A DNA stretch of 64,000 nt from Diplonema japonicum (GCA_964019335.1 OZ025663.1:310001-374000), one strand, 5' to 3'. Positions 1 to 12,900 are shown, counted from the stretch's first letter. Made by a program: numbers and translations. Notes: generated by a model from the sequence alone, not told the origin.

Positions 1-381
1 CCCATTCACGAAGACATGGCAAGAGAATTTCTCGTATCGGCTGGGAAGGCAAGATCGGCGGCCGCTATTGCTGAGACCTACAACGAGCTTCTTCTCCCCA
101 TCGTCAAAACCCCTTCTGAAATTGACTACCTGTACCTCTTCAGAGCGTACATCGCAGCAAAAAGCATCACCGGATTGGAAGCGACCCTCGACAACATCGA
201 TCTCACCTCTGCACACATCTCTATCCACGCGTTGCGTGCTATGATAGCAGCCGCTACCCAGCTCCATGATGAGTTTGGGCTGCAGGTTCACGACTCTATC
301 ATCTCCCGTCTTGAAGCAAAAAATCTTTCTCTAAAATGTACCAACAAAGTTGAATCTAAGTTGCCTGTATGGGTGTACTAG
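1..381 (+). CDS. 3' end of a hypothetical alpha-helical protein (runs in from the window edge)
   Basis: Frame is open from base 1 to TAG at 379-381 with coding-like composition; no family recognised. Confidence 0.6.
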   Translation, partial: PIHEDMAREFLVSAGKARSAAAIAETYNELLLPIVKTPSEIDYLYLFRAYIAAKSITGLEATLDNIDLTSAHISIHALRAMIAAATQLHDEFGLQVHDSIISRLEAKNLSLKCTNKVESKLPVWVY

Positions 382-503
382 TTTGCTTGTCCGAAGTTTT
401 TTTTTTCCCCCTCGATGGCGGTCACAAAAAAAAAAAAAAAAAAAAAAAAAAAGGAAGGGGGTGGTTGAGCCCTTTTTTTTTTTGTACAATACACAATACA
501 CAC

Positions 504-753
504 ATGGAGAGAATGATGCAAGGAGAGCGAGTGGGATGTTCTGACAATAAACAAAGACTTAAGATATGCAGGAATTGGGAACGGCATGGGGCATGTCGGT
601 TCGGGGTCAGATGTTGGTTTCAACATGGGGGCGGCGGCGGTGCAGGATCACAAAGATGGCGTGACGGGAACGGACTGTCTAGGGCACAGTGGGGCCAGAC
701 ACAGATAAGTCAAGAAAGTGTCAACAACAATGATATCAGACAGCCGCAAGAGC

Positions 754-803
<50 letters not shown>

Positions 804-1574
804 AATAAACAAACGTTTTACCGACCGCCTCATTTGATGAACCACCAAAACCAGCCGCATCATTATGCCCAGCCGCAAATATTGCAACAGCAACAGCAGC
901 ACCGTTGGGTGGCAGCACCGCCGCCGCCGCCGCCACCAGCTAATGCACACAATCCTTATGAGGCACCTATTTACCATGCGCAACCTGTACTGAGCATTAT
1001 GCAGTATCCGGCATACCATGCTCCTCCACACCCGGTTCACCAACATCAGCACCACCACCATCATCACCAGCACCAGGTGTCTTTGGAAGAAAATGAAATG
1101 TGGGGACAAAGAACATACCACATTTGTTACGGTAGACAAGAAGACGCTAGTGACGGCAGTATACCCGAAGGCCTGTTCAGATCGGACGGGGAGGTCACTG
1201 ATGACTACGAGGTGCTTCTTGAGCTCGATAAGCACAAGGTTCAGGTTGGTGTCTCTGATACCCAAATGGAACTGGAAATGGTTGGGATCGATGCGGGAGA
1301 CGTGTGTCTAAAGGGCGAGATGTGTTCGATTTGCCATGATACTTATGAGGAGGCTTGCGAGGAGGTGTCCCGTCTGCCGTGTTCTCATTTCTATCACAGT
1401 GCGTGCATTAAAACTTGGCTTCGCTGCAATACACGGTGCCCGGTGTGCAATTGGGATTCGTGGGCAGGCGGGAAGACCATCATAAATACCTCACCGGCAC
1501 GATCCCCGATCCTGAGCTCTTTTGACTATTTTGATGATGATGATGATGACGATGATCTTGATGAAGAATGGTGA
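504..1574 (+). CDS. CCCH zinc finger + C-terminal RING-H2 putative E3 ubiquitin ligase (356 aa)
   Basis: CRNWERHGACRFGVRCWFQH fits C-x8-C-x5-C-x3-H. CSICH...LPCSHFYHSACIKTWLRCNTRCPVC fits RING-H2. PolyQ/P/H linker. ATG 504 is the first ATG after the homopolymer spacer. Confidence 0.9.
753..803 (+). repeat. (CAA)n microsatellite encoding polyglutamine
   Basis: About 17 tandem CAA units inside the CCCH/RING CDS. Confidence 0.95.
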
Positions 1575-1604
1575 AGCATTAACAAAAAAAAAAAAAAAAG
1601 AATG

Positions 1605-1636
<32 letters not shown>

Positions 1637-2857
1637 TTTCACTCGTGTTTCCTTCTCTTTGTTCCATACCCTCCCTACTTTTCCCCATCCCACCAACAAA
1701 GGGGGGGAAGCATTTCCCCACCTTCCACTCCGCCTTGTTCCATACCCATATGTATGCCTATTTTTTTTTCTCTTTTTTTTTCCTTTCATACATGTGAACC
1801 CCCCCCCCCCCCCCCCCCCCAGAAGAAATTTCAGGGAAAAAGCAAACAAAAATGGGGACGGCCTTCCCCCCCCCCTTTTTTTTGCGTTTACTTTTTTTTA
1901 ACATCTGCAATTTTGTCACTCGCAAACTTTGTCCCCCCCCCATTTTTCTTCTGGGGAAGAACTCATTATGTGTATGCTTGTATCACTGCTTATTTTTATC
2001 CTCCTCTCTCCCTCTCTTTCCTCTTCTTTTCTTTCCTGATGATGATTGCGTCTGTGAAACATAGGGAAAAAAAAAAGGAGGGAAAAAAAAAAAGAGAAAA
2101 TGTGGGTTTAAAAAAATGAAATGAAACGGGAGGGGAAAAAAAAAAGAAAACAAAGGGGGTACTTTCCAAAATGGAAAGAGAAAAGCCCCTACTTTCGTAC
2201 CTGGTGCGAACTTTTTTTTTCTTCTTCCTTTTCCATCTTTCCCTCCTTCCCCCCAATGAGCAAATGACTCCACTGATAGACCAGCAATGTAACAGTTCGC
2301 TTGAGAAGGGAAAAAAAAAAGGGCGGGAAAAAAAAAAAAAAAAAAAAAAAAAACAAAAAAAAACAAAAAAAGAAATACAATGAGAGCCGTTGCATGACAT
2401 GCCTAGCCGAGGCGAAGGCGGGAAAAAGAAAAAAAGGGGAAAAAAAAGGAGAAAAAAAGAAAAAAAAACGAAAAAAAAAAAAAAAAAAAACGAAAAAAAA
2501 AAAAAAAAAAAAAAAACAAAAAAAAAAAAACAAAAAAAAACTACACACCACCGCATTATTGGTTGCCAGAGATGAGCTCAGTGTTTCTTTTTTTAGAGAA
2601 AATGAGAGAAAAAAAAAGGGGGGGAAAAAGAGAAAATAAAGCACCTCAGCATGATTTCAGCTGGTTTGATTGGGGGGGGAGAGAAAAAAAAAGAAAAAAA
2701 AGAGGAGCATTCTCAATTACTCCTCGATAATCTGTAAGATTAGGAACATGCCTGTCATAAGTGCCATTCTCCACATTTCCACCCATTTGGGCAAGTTAGC
2801 CAAAAAGCTCCACCCATTTTAAAAAAAGAAGAAAAAGAAAAAAGGAAAAAAAGAACG

Positions 2858-2892
<35 letters not shown>

Positions 2893-3070
2893 AAAAAGAG
2901 AACCCTCAGACAGGGTGACTTTTGTTATCCCTGAAATGTTGTTTTCTCGAGAGAAAGAAAAAAAAATCCTGAAACCTCGCCGAGAGCAACTTGGTTCTCT
3001 CGCCAGTGTTCAGAGTCACTCACAAAGCAGATGGTGCACCATTAGCATGCAGATTTGTAGAGGGAAAAAA

Positions 3071-3114
<44 letters not shown>

Positions 3115-3347
3115 AGGAACAACACACAACAATATAAGGAGAAACACAGGCCCCCTTTATTGTGTGAAATTCTCTTCAGTGTGTTTCTCTGACGAGAACA
3201 AAAGGAGGGGAAAAAAAATTTTTTTTTTGTCTTGCCTGAGCATGTGTACATAGGGGAGGAGGTGGTTTTTCTCTACTTTCCCATTTTCCCATATTCCCCC
3301 CCGTTCGTCTGGGACTCTGTTCTAAGTGCCAACCCAGAAAGAAAAAG

Positions 3348-3420
3348 TGGAGATGGAGGGCATCGATCCCTCTACCTCTCGCATGCTAAGCGAGCGCTCT
3401 ACCATTTGAGCTACACCCCC
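3348..3420 (-). tRNA. trnA-AGC: tRNA-Ala(AGC)
   Basis: Reverse complement GGGGGTGTAGCTCAAATGGTAGAGCGCTCGCTTAGCATGCGAGAGGTAGAGGGATCGATGCCCTCCATCTCCA folds as a 73-nt cloverleaf. It has the G3:U70 alanine determinant, anticodon AGC, the eukaryotic Ala-type ATCG T-loop and a T5 Pol III terminator immediately downstream. Confidence 0.96.
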
Positions 3421-4519
3421 GTGTCGATCAGCAAGCCACTTGTCAGTAGTATCCTGTGGGTTCTACTAAATTACGGGGCAAACACTGTTCTTTCTCTGAT
3501 TCACCCTCTTACTCTTTCCACGCCGTTCGACACGAACCACTCATACACACACAGAGCATTATATTATTTCCCCCTTTTTTTTTTCTAGAGTATAGCAAAC
3601 AACCCCCCCCCCCCCCCCCCCTCATCTCTTTTTTTATTTCTTTATTTCTTTTGGGAGAGGGTGAGGATTTTCGTAGATTCCTGAACTGTAAATATTACAG
3701 TGACCGCAGGTTTGGTTGCAAGAAAACTTTTTTATGTTAGTCAGGAATGCAAATAAATGAAATGTTGGCACAGAATACTTTTCAGGGGCAGCAAGACCAA
3801 GTGCCCTCTCGTTGCCATTAGTAGCAGCAATGGGTGACAGTAACCTTTTGTCTTCTGAAAAGTTTTGTCAGCAGGGTAGGAGGCCACCCTACCTCTTTTA
3901 ACATGGGGACAATCCCCCTCCCCCTTTTTTTTCCAAGCACACAACGCAACACCCCCCTTGATGAAACAAATAAGGAAATGGAAATAAAAAAGAAGAATAA
4001 GGGAAAGAAGAAGAAAAGAGGACCCTCCACCCCTTGTATCATGTGAGAGCTTTACTTGACTTACGCAAGGCGTTTCTCGACCCCCACCCCGTCTCTTCTC
4101 CTATGGTTTCTTCTTCCCCTTCTTCTCCTCGCTTAACAGCGCGTGATTTTTTTTCTTTAGATTGGTGAGACAAAAGAGAGAGTGAGATCCCTTTTCTTTC
4201 CAAATAAGAAAGAAAAAGAAGAGAAAAAGCTTCCATTTCCCCCTCTTTCCACTACCACCCCCCTTCTTTTTTTACTTGTTTCTCTCTCTCTCTCTCTCTC
4301 TCTCCCCCCCCCTTTTTTTCATTTATTTACCAACCCATCTCTCTTTTTTCCACCTTACTGTAAAACCGATAAAGGTCGAACTCTATCGGGGTTTTTCCAG
4401 TATCTTATCTTTATTTCCCCTTTCTCCCTGAACGGTTTTCATGTTGGGGATTCGTATTACTGAAGAATAAAAGAAAAAAGGAAGGAAAAAACCGAAACAG
4501 AGAAAAGCAAAAGATAAAA

Positions 4520-6256
4520 ATGGGAGGCCAAGATGGGGCAGTTAAGCGCAGGTCAGCGAGCACCGGGGCGATGCGAAGGGGAAGCAGGGGGCTCACAATT
4601 GACACTCAGTATGTAACGAGATTCTTGGGGGGAAAAAAAAAAGGTACACCGTGTCGCCCAAGAGGAGAATCAGGAGACTTGTGCTCGGGCCTGGTCAGGA
4701 CCACCCAGGTGCGGACAACGTTTACATTGCACCGCAGCGTGAGGCAGACCCCAACGACCCTCGGTTCACACAGCCCGCGAGAGGGAAGAAAAAGGCATAC
4801 GGCACAGCACAGCGCGCCATGTCGCCCCTTCCCAAGGGAGGCGACGTGGTGACACGCGCGCTGGTCAAACGGAAGGTCCCTAAAAACACCTCCGAAATGC
4901 TCCAACACCAAGACGCGGAGTGCGGGTACGACCCTTCTGCGGTCGCTGCCGCACCTGCCAAAAGAAAGCTCGTCACGACCAAGATTACAAGCCTCAACCG
5001 CATGGAGGGCGAGCCCCTCGGTCTGACCATCGACGAGAACCTTGTCGTCACCAACGTGGTGGAAGGAACCGTTGCGCATAGGGCAGGCCTCAGAGCCGGC
5101 ACAAAGCTCTCCACTGTGGACGGGCAGAGGGTCGCCACACAGGACGACGCCATCGACGCCCTCCGGAACTCACGCGGTGACAGCGTTCGTGTCGGGCTAC
5201 AGAACGGCGGGTCCTCTCAGAGTATGAAGCAGGAGGGTGTCGTGGCGGGCATCCAGACCAACTATGAAAAGGGCAACCGTCGCACCAAACGAGCAGATCC
5301 CACAAAGGATATCTCGCGCGACGCACCCTTCGCAGGCAATCCCATCCCCACCCCCATCCCCCGCCCCGTTGGCCTCGGCCCCCCCGGACTCGGGCCACAA
5401 GCAGAACCCTGGGGTGAGACCTCTGCCATCGCCGAGTCGCCCATGGGATACGACTCCTTTAAACCCAACACGTACATCCCTGAGAGGCTGCAAGGCACGC
5501 CTGTCCGGAAGCACAGCAACATGACGTCGTACGAAGTGGCAGAGACGAGGGGCGAGGTGACGCCCAATGGGGAGTGGGAGGCACCCACCACAGAGAAGTA
5601 CAGGAGCGGCAAGGTGCAGATGAAGGACAGAGTCGAGCGGAAGAACGGCGATATCCTTGTGTATGTTATAGTAAAGCATCACCCACCCCCACCACAGGAA
5701 CAATATGACAGAGGGCCCCATGACACCGAGGAGGGGGAGGGGGCCGTCGCCATCGGCGTTCAGGTCGCCTGCTGCAGGGCCGCCTATGGGGGATGAGCTG
5801 GCGAAGGCGCAGGGGAAAAGGTGCGAAACGACTGGGGGGTTGAATCCAGAACTGCTGTCGTTCCCGATGAAGAGGGAGCAGCAGGGAGGGAGCATCTCTG
5901 TGTCCGAGAGGCGTGCCATGACGCCGACGAGGTACCGTAACACGCCCGAGGGGCACGGGGACATCATCGGGGCAACATACGGACGGGGCGACAAGCCGTC
6001 GCCTAGGGGACGCATGCAGACCACGTCTCATGACTTCCTGCTGCCTAAGGTGCGCCCGAGGTCCTTCACACCCACTGCACGGCACCAAGTGGCGTCCCCC
6101 GCGCCATCTGACATCTTTAACACAGGCACAGACACGGGCACGTGCAAGGACGTGCGTGACCACCGCCGCTCATCGCAAGCACGCGGTCTGTCCCCTCGGA
6201 ATGTGTCAAGCGTGAATCTCACTCACCAGACCGCACCCAGCCCTATGACGGTATGA
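4520..6256 (+). CDS. PDZ-domain protein with basic/Pro-rich low-complexity repeats (554 aa; introns 4609-4643 and 5661-5697)
   Basis: PDZ signature EPLGLTIDENLVVTNVVEGTVAHRAGLRAGTKLSTVDGQRV. Two GTATGT...AG introns (35 and 37 nt) join track ORFs 4520, 4651 and 5705 in frame. Confidence 0.8.
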
Positions 6257-7389
6257 CAAAAAAAAAAAAAAAAAAGAATGGAAAAAAACAGCCTCGCACC
6301 CCCAACTACGACGCATCCACACCCCGCCGCGGTCGTGGCTGTGGTTCCATGGCACCTGCACTGCCTCATTCTGGGTACACTCCATGGGGAGACCGCGAGT
6401 GATTTTTTTTGCCCTCCCTTCTTTTCTTCCCATTCATGATAGTGTTTCTTTTTTTTTTTCTTCTTCTTTCTCATTCCTCCCTTTCCCCTTCCTCTTCCCT
6501 CCTTAATCCCGTTGGTACGATAAGGGGGGGCGTCGGGGGTTGTTATTGTACTCTCTTTCTCCTCTCACTGTATTGCGTTTTCCCTTCCAAAAAAAAAAAA
6601 AAAAAAGTATCTTTCCACGAACTACGCCTTGTCTGCAAGAAGAAGGGTCCCCCCCCCCCCCCCCCCCCCCCCCCCGATTCTGAATGGTGAGTGGAGAACT
6701 CTTAAAAAAGAAAAAAGAAGAAAAAAAAAGAAGAAACGAAGGACAGTTTCGCATTTCGTGCAATTACCGAAAATTCGTTCCCCCTCTTTTCCCTCCTTTT
6801 TTTTTTTTTTTTTTTTTTAATTTAAATAAAAAGTTGCGCCCTCATCCCCCTTTTCCTGATTAAAGCTTCTCAGTAGTGGCTTTACACAGGCAGCTAAAAG
6901 TTTTATTTCATTTTTTTTCTTGTTTATTCCCCCCTAATCTTGTACATGCATCGAAGTGCTAAGTGCTTCTTCCTGTTTTTTTTTTTCTTCTACCTTTTCT
7001 TCTTAGATTCCTTTGTGTCCCTTCCCTAATTTGAGCAAAATGATAACTAGAGCCTGCCGTTTTTTTTTTCTTTTTATTTTTCTTTTTTGCGCCGAGCCTT
7101 TAGCGAGCCCAAAGATCGACACGCTTTAAACCCCTTTTAAAAAGAAAAAAAGAAAAGAAAAAAGAAAACTCATATTGTCTTATGCCTATTCTCCCTCCCC
7201 CATTGTTGTTGTTGTTAAAAAAAAAAGGAAGAAAATGTTTTTTTTTTTTCTTTTCTTTTTTCTTTTTTTTTTTTTCTTCTCCTTCTGGTTTATTCTTCTC
7301 AGCGGTCTCCCGTACACGAAAAAGAAGAAAAAAAAGGGAGAAAGAAGAGAAAAAAAAAAAAGAAGAAAAAAATGTTACAAATTATAAGA

Positions 7390-7899
7390 ATGGAAACATG
7401 GAAAAGTGTAGGAAGAAGGAGCATCCATGAAGCAAGGAAGGTCCAACAGAAACAGAAAAATGAGGGGAGAGCTAAAAGTGAGAGACCGGAGAACCCCGAG
7501 GCTAAGGTGCAATTTGTAGGGTTTGCAGAATGGAACCGTGATGGAAGGTTGGCACACAGCGTGCAGGACAGCAAAATGGATGAGGCCTGCCAGAAAAATT
7601 TCGGGGCCAATGCTCGTGCGGCCACTTGGGTAGAATATCAGCAAAATCTTATTAAAAACCTCCCACCCAGCAACGGGTCTGATTTGTGGCTGCACTTCAC
7701 TGGCCAGGAAGGCACCGGCCTCGACAATGGGATGGGGTACCAATGGAAGAAGTGTATCTGGCGAAACAAACTGCTAGACGGGACCTTCACAGAAGACTCC
7801 TGCTCTGCTAGGTATTCTTTTTAATAATTAATTTAGTCTCTCTCTCACCCACACAGCATCTGCTCTGCCGTTGCCGTCCAGCCCATTCCGCGACTTTGA
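7390..7899 (+). CDS. Hypothetical 154-aa protein (intron 7812-7856)
   Basis: ATG at 7390. A 45-nt GTATTC...CACAG intron extends the frame to ...SICSAVAVQPIPRL-TGA. The C-terminal part looks globular and contains Cys/Trp; no family assigned. Confidence 0.6.
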
Positions 7900-7968
7900 A
7901 GACAATGGTAGCAGCCGTTCGGTCCTTTTACAGTACTACAGAAACTTATCTTCGCCAATTCCTTCAGG

Positions 7969-9777
7969 ATGTCCTTTAGCCAAAATGGGATCGAGGAGCT
8001 AGCCTCGCTTATCTTTCGATACTTTGATAAAGACGGTGATGGGTTCTGGTGTTGGGCTGAAGTGGCGAATGCGGTGCTCGTCACGGAGGGAAGAGAAGTT
8101 GCGTACGAAGAGTTTGTGGACATGTGCAATGATGAGAGCAGAGGTCTTTCCGAGGAAGAGGTGAAGGCGCAGTACCGGAGTGACCCGGACGCCCTTGTGA
8201 AGGACGCCATCGCGGTGCGAGAGGTGGAGGGGAACCAGGACGAATTGGTGAGCTTCTACTCATGCATGAGCACGAACCTCCTTTCCCCGCTACGGACGAA
8301 GCAGGGCTTCTTAGGGATCGAAATTGCAGAGTCGCCCACTGGGGGCGGTGTGCTGGTCTCGTCAGTGGCCCCGTGCAGTCCTGCATCCCAGAAAGATATT
8401 CGCCCAAACGACCTCATCACTCAGATGAACGGTATCACACCATCTCACCCCAAAGACTTTGTCAAAGTGGCTTCTGCGCTCAACCCTGGCGATGGTGTTG
8501 GGATTGTCATTAAACGTGAACATGAAGTTAGTCATAAGGAACTCACAGCTGGCAAGAAACATGCATCATCGCCTTCTAAAGAGCCTGTAAGGAGCTCGTT
8601 AGTTGAAGGCCTCAAGAGGCTTGAGGCGCTTCGTTACTCCGGAGACATTACCGAGAGCGAGTTCAGATTGGCTAAGGTATCGCTGTTAGGCATCTCGGCA
8701 TCACCAACACCGCCTCCCCGCCCCCCGATCGCCACCCCATCGGTTGAAGTGAGGCCTGCAGTAGAAGCAGCCCCTTACGTGGTTTCGACTCCCACTATGG
8801 TGGAAGCAACTCCTACCGTGGTTTCGACTCCCACTATGGTGGAAGTAACTCCTACCGCGGTTTCGACCCTCACTATGGTGGAAGCAGCTCCTACTGTAGT
8901 CCCGACCCCTACCGTGGCCCCAACTGCCACGCCGGCATCTGTGCAGGTTACGATTTCTGAGCCCCTTGCATCCCTTCCCCACACCCCAGCTATGGCACCT
9001 ATGTCTGTATTCGTGCCCCCTGTTACATTTGCGCCCCCTGTCACACCCGTGTCGGTTTCGCAGACAAGGAACTTCAGAGCAGGCTCGCTGTCGACGCCAT
9101 GTCACCCCTCGCCGGAGTCTTTCATGGTCGCCCCATACCCCCCGAAGAACAGGCAACTGCCATTCACTCCATCTGACTTACAGCCTCCACCTCCTGAGGA
9201 CATTGTGGTACCTGTTAAGGGGGATCAACCCTATGAAACGCGGTGGCATTCTAAGAGTGCGATGTCGACGCATGCGGATCAAAACAGAGGTGTGTCGCTT
9301 CCGGTGGAAGAGGTCGCATGCAAGGTGAGGGAGGTTGTCGCGGAGGAACTGCAGCGTGCCGGCTCCATGTCGCCCACGCAGGTTGTGAACCACTATCACG
9401 TCAGCATAGAAAGCCCAAGGAAACCAGAGCCTTTGATGCCCGCAGAGCAAATATTAACACCCATCCTTACTAATATACTATGGCGGGGCACGCATGACCC
9501 TATCCCTGCTTACCGCTACCGCAACCGCCTCATTAACCTCTACGAGCGGTATCGTCCGGACAAGCTCCCTAGCGTCGTGCCCACCCTCCGCCAGTACAAA
9601 TCTCGCGAGGAGGAAGTTTTCTCCATCCTGGTTGAAAAGTACGGTCCTGAACCGACCACCGACATACTCTGCACCCCTTTACCCCCCAACTGGATACAAT
9701 CAGAAAGCCCAACGGGGGACATCTTCTACACCCACAGGTTTTCAGGCGAAAAAAAATGGCCGCGCCCTAGAATGTGA
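7969..9777 (+). CDS. EF-hand + PDZ + SHOCT-like + Pro/Thr-rich + WW scaffold protein (602 aa)
   Basis: DKDGDGFWCWAE EF-hand loop; GFLGIEI...VSSVAPCSPA...IRPNDLITQMNG PDZ; LKRLEALRYSGDITESEFRLAK SHOCT-like; LPPNWIQSESPTGDIFYTHRFSGEKKWPRP WW. Confidence 0.85.
   Translation: MSFSQNGIEELASLIFRYFDKDGDGFWCWAEVANAVLVTEGREVAYEEFVDMCNDESRGLSEEEVKAQYRSDPDALVKDAIAVREVEGNQDELVSFYSCMSTNLLSPLRTKQGFLGIEIAESPTGGGVLVSSVAPCSPASQKDIRPNDLITQMNGITPSHPKDFVKVASALNPGDGVGIVIKREHEVSHKELTAGKKHASSPSKEPVRSSLVEGLKRLEALRYSGDITESEFRLAKVSLLGISASPTPPPRPPIATPSVEVRPAVEAAPYVVSTPTMVEATPTVVSTPTMVEVTPTAVSTLTMVEAAPTVVPTPTVAPTATPASVQVTISEPLASLPHTPAMAPMSVFVPPVTFAPPVTPVSVSQTRNFRAGSLSTPCHPSPESFMVAPYPPKNRQLPFTPSDLQPPPPEDIVVPVKGDQPYETRWHSKSAMSTHADQNRGVSLPVEEVACKVREVVAEELQRAGSMSPTQVVNHYHVSIESPRKPEPLMPAEQILTPILTNILWRGTHDPIPAYRYRNRLINLYERYRPDKLPSVVPTLRQYKSREEEVFSILVEKYGPEPTTDILCTPLPPNWIQSESPTGDIFYTHRFSGEKKWPRPRM
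8761..8916 (+). repeat. Coding tandem repeat, 4 x 39 bp (VEA[AT]PTVVSTPTM)
   Basis: Units start at 8761, 8800, 8839 and 8878 with high DNA similarity. Confidence 0.9.
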
Positions 9778-9810
9778 TATTGTACAGTTTATCTTTTTTT
9801 TTTTTTCCCA

Positions 9811-9850
9811 AGGGCGGCCCTCCATGAGGGGGTTTGTCCTGCACTTTGAG
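9811..9850. repeat. 40-nt dispersed element, copy 1 (AGGGCGGCCCTCCATGAGGGGGTTTGTCCTGCACTTTGAG), embedded in poly-T
   Basis: 39/40 identical to 18843-18882. Confidence 0.85.
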
Positions 9851-9937
9851 TTTTTTTTTTTTTTTTTTTTTTTTTTCTGTAACCCACCATCCCCAGGGTT
9901 AAAGGGGTTCCGAGGGGGGAAAAAAAAAGGGTAAAAA

Positions 9938-12900
9938 ATGGGGAACCAACTCACGATGGGGGTGGACATGAACCCCGCTGATATACTGGAAGGTTTGAAG
10001 CCAAAAGCGCCGTTGGGAGGTGGGAAGGGGAGGTTATTGAAGAGCTTGCATTGCACAAGTGAAGATGGCGACGTTGTGTGCAAAATGTTCTTGAAGACGA
10101 ATGAGGCGGACGATCATATGTTGGATAACCATGCAAGGCGGTTAGCACGGTGCGAACTCTCCTTAAAGGAACAAAAGCGACGGAACCCTGACAAGCCGAG
10201 CAACGTGTGCTTCTACACTCTCTACAAGAACGTCCCGTCGTCCCGGTCAGAGATGAAGGCAGCGTTCGTGGTAAGAACCTTTTTCAAACACTCTTTACAA
10301 GAAAGGATTATGACGAGGCCGTTCCTCACCACTGAGACGAAACTATGGCTGTCGTATCAGTTGCTTCGTGCTGTGGATGAAATGCATGCTGCGCATGTTC
10401 CTCACGGTGATCTCAAGGTTGCCAATGTGATGGTGACGTCGCTTGGGTGGCTTTACGTGACAGATATGGCACCCTTTAAACCTTCGCACCTTAGCAACCC
10501 TGCAGACTTCTCATACTTCTTTGACACGGCTGAAAACCGTCACTGCACGCTGGCACCTGAACGGTTTGTCATGGAAGAGCACCTCCTCACCGAGAAGCTG
10601 ACAGAACCTGTAACTGAGAGAATGGACGTCTTCGGTGCCGGGTGTGCCATTGCGCAACTGTTCCTCGGGGGTGAGGTTCTGTTCAAGCTTGACCAACTTC
10701 TTGCGTACAAAAAAGGGGAGTACGACGCGTCAGAGCGTCTCAAAGAGAAGATCGACGACCCCACCACTGTCGACATGATCATGCTCATGTTGGAGCGCGA
10801 CCCAGCCAAACGCCCGACCGCCCTTCAGGTCATTGAGAAGTACACGAACACCGTCTTCCCGAAATATTACAGCGAGTTCCACGGCAACGTGATCGGCCCC
10901 CTTGTTGCGCTCTCTCCTGACAAACGAATTGCGTCTCTCAACTCCCGTCTGCCCGAAATCATCGAATACGTGAAGAGCGGCTGTGAAACAGAAGCGGAAG
11001 AAAAAGAAGTAGTCCGAGGCGCCGTGATCATCCTGGCTACTGTGCTGTGCGGTACAATCAGGCACTGCCTCATCTCTGGAAACAAGGTTGTGTGCTTACA
11101 AGCGATGATGACAATATCCCCGTATGCCGGCGACGACTGCAACCTCCACACGCTGCTCTCGTACGCCATCACAATGGCCAGGGACAGAAGCCCCTTGGTG
11201 CGTGCCACAGCTGTGAAGACAGTCGCCAAAACTGTTCAGAACATTGAATCCTTCCCTCCTGGGGAAGCCAGCCTCTTCGACGACTACATTGTTCCAGCCA
11301 TCACGCCGCTCGCAACTGACAGGTCCGTGCTCGTGAAGGCGACGCTGGCAGAAAACCTGCCCGAAATAGCGTTCCACGCAAGGAGGTTCCTGGAGACAAG
11401 GCAGCTGCTACCTCAGGCGGAGACAAGCGTGCCTTTCAACGAAGGGTACGACTCGGACTTGAAGCGTTTGCAGGACCTTTTCGAGGAGCTCGTGAGGTTG
11501 CTCGTAATGGGCGGCGAAGTGTCCCCCTGGATAACAAGAGGCTTCTTAAGCGACATCACGAAATTTTGTGTGTTTTTTGGAAGACAACGAACGAACAACT
11601 TTATCATCCCCACGCTGACTATCTCGGTTCTCTTCCTGAACGCTCCTGATTTTCAAGTTAGACGTGACCTGCACAAGCAACTTGTGGGTATTGCTGTCTA
11701 CGTAGGCCCGACATTCCTCAGCTACATCCTGCCATGCATAAAAGAAGGTCTCATGGACATAGAAGAAATCGTGGTGCACGAAGCACTGAACAGCCTCTCG
11801 AAGCTTTCGTCGCTTGGCATGCTGGACAGGAAGGCTTTGGTAGACCTCAGCGAGGTGGTTGTCCCGCTGCTGCTGCACCCCAGCAACTGGATCCGAAGTG
11901 GTGCTTTGGAGTTCTTTTCTTCGATGGATGGGCAGCTGTCGCAGGTGGACACCATCTGCTTCGTGTTGCCGATGATTAAGCCTTTCCTTAAGTACACAAT
12001 CCCTGACCTGAAGAAAGAAACCTTGGAAGCTGCCCTAATCCCTCCCATCACGCGAACTGCTTTTGACAACGCCATCAAGGACGGCAGTGCCAACACCATC
12101 ATGGAGACAATTGCCTCGTCCCCACGTGCGACAGCCATGGGGTCGCCGAAGTCGCACCACACCAAAGTACTCAGCGATATCTCCGACCTTCCTTCCGCCG
12201 ACGATGGCGGCACAGAAGTTGGCAGTGAACCGTCGCCTAAAGCAGAGAGCATGAAGCTGCAGTTAGTCCGCAAGTACATCGAAGCTCTTGTGAAAACTGC
12301 GTCACGCTACAAAGAAGATGCTCTTCGCATAGGGCAGAAAGATGATGACAAGCTGCTCCCTAAGGATTTCAAGATCACTGTAAGGCAACAGGTCTCGCAG
12401 GCAAGAGACCAGCAGCTCCTTCCAACCCTCCAAGATCTCGAGTTCAGCATGGACGAGATGGACAGCAGCAAGACTGGCTGCCCGAGGCTCCACAAGATTA
12501 AACCCACACCCAGGCAGCGCAAGAGGATGGAACTGAAGTCCGTCGCGTTAGAGAGAAGGAGCCAAAGCAGTGCCTCATCATCGCCCATCCGGCAGAGAGA
12601 GACACAGGGGTACAGCATCTTAAGACAGGTGCGACCGACGCAGAACCTGATCTGCCAAGCAGAGGAGCATACTGCAACTGTCACTGACATTGCAGTACAC
12701 GACACAGGCCCTATCTTCCTCACTTCTTCAATTGACACATACGTGCGGCTGTGGGACTTGAGGTCGCTTGACCACGACTATGCGCTTGTTTCGCACACCG
12801 GTTACTGCGACACCACCACTCAGCACGGCAAAGCATCACCAGTGTTGTCACTGGCTATGCTCACAGCGGGAAAGAACGCCGCAGCTTGCGGCACGGCAGC

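Noticed and set aside
1575-3300. Many poly-Lys/poly-Phe ORFs here and in other spacers
   Set aside because: Translations of A/T homopolymer tracts, whose lengths may also be inflated by sequencing error.
8761-8916. 39-bp repeats as a CRISPR-like array
   Set aside because: No spacers; in-frame coding repeat in a eukaryotic gene.
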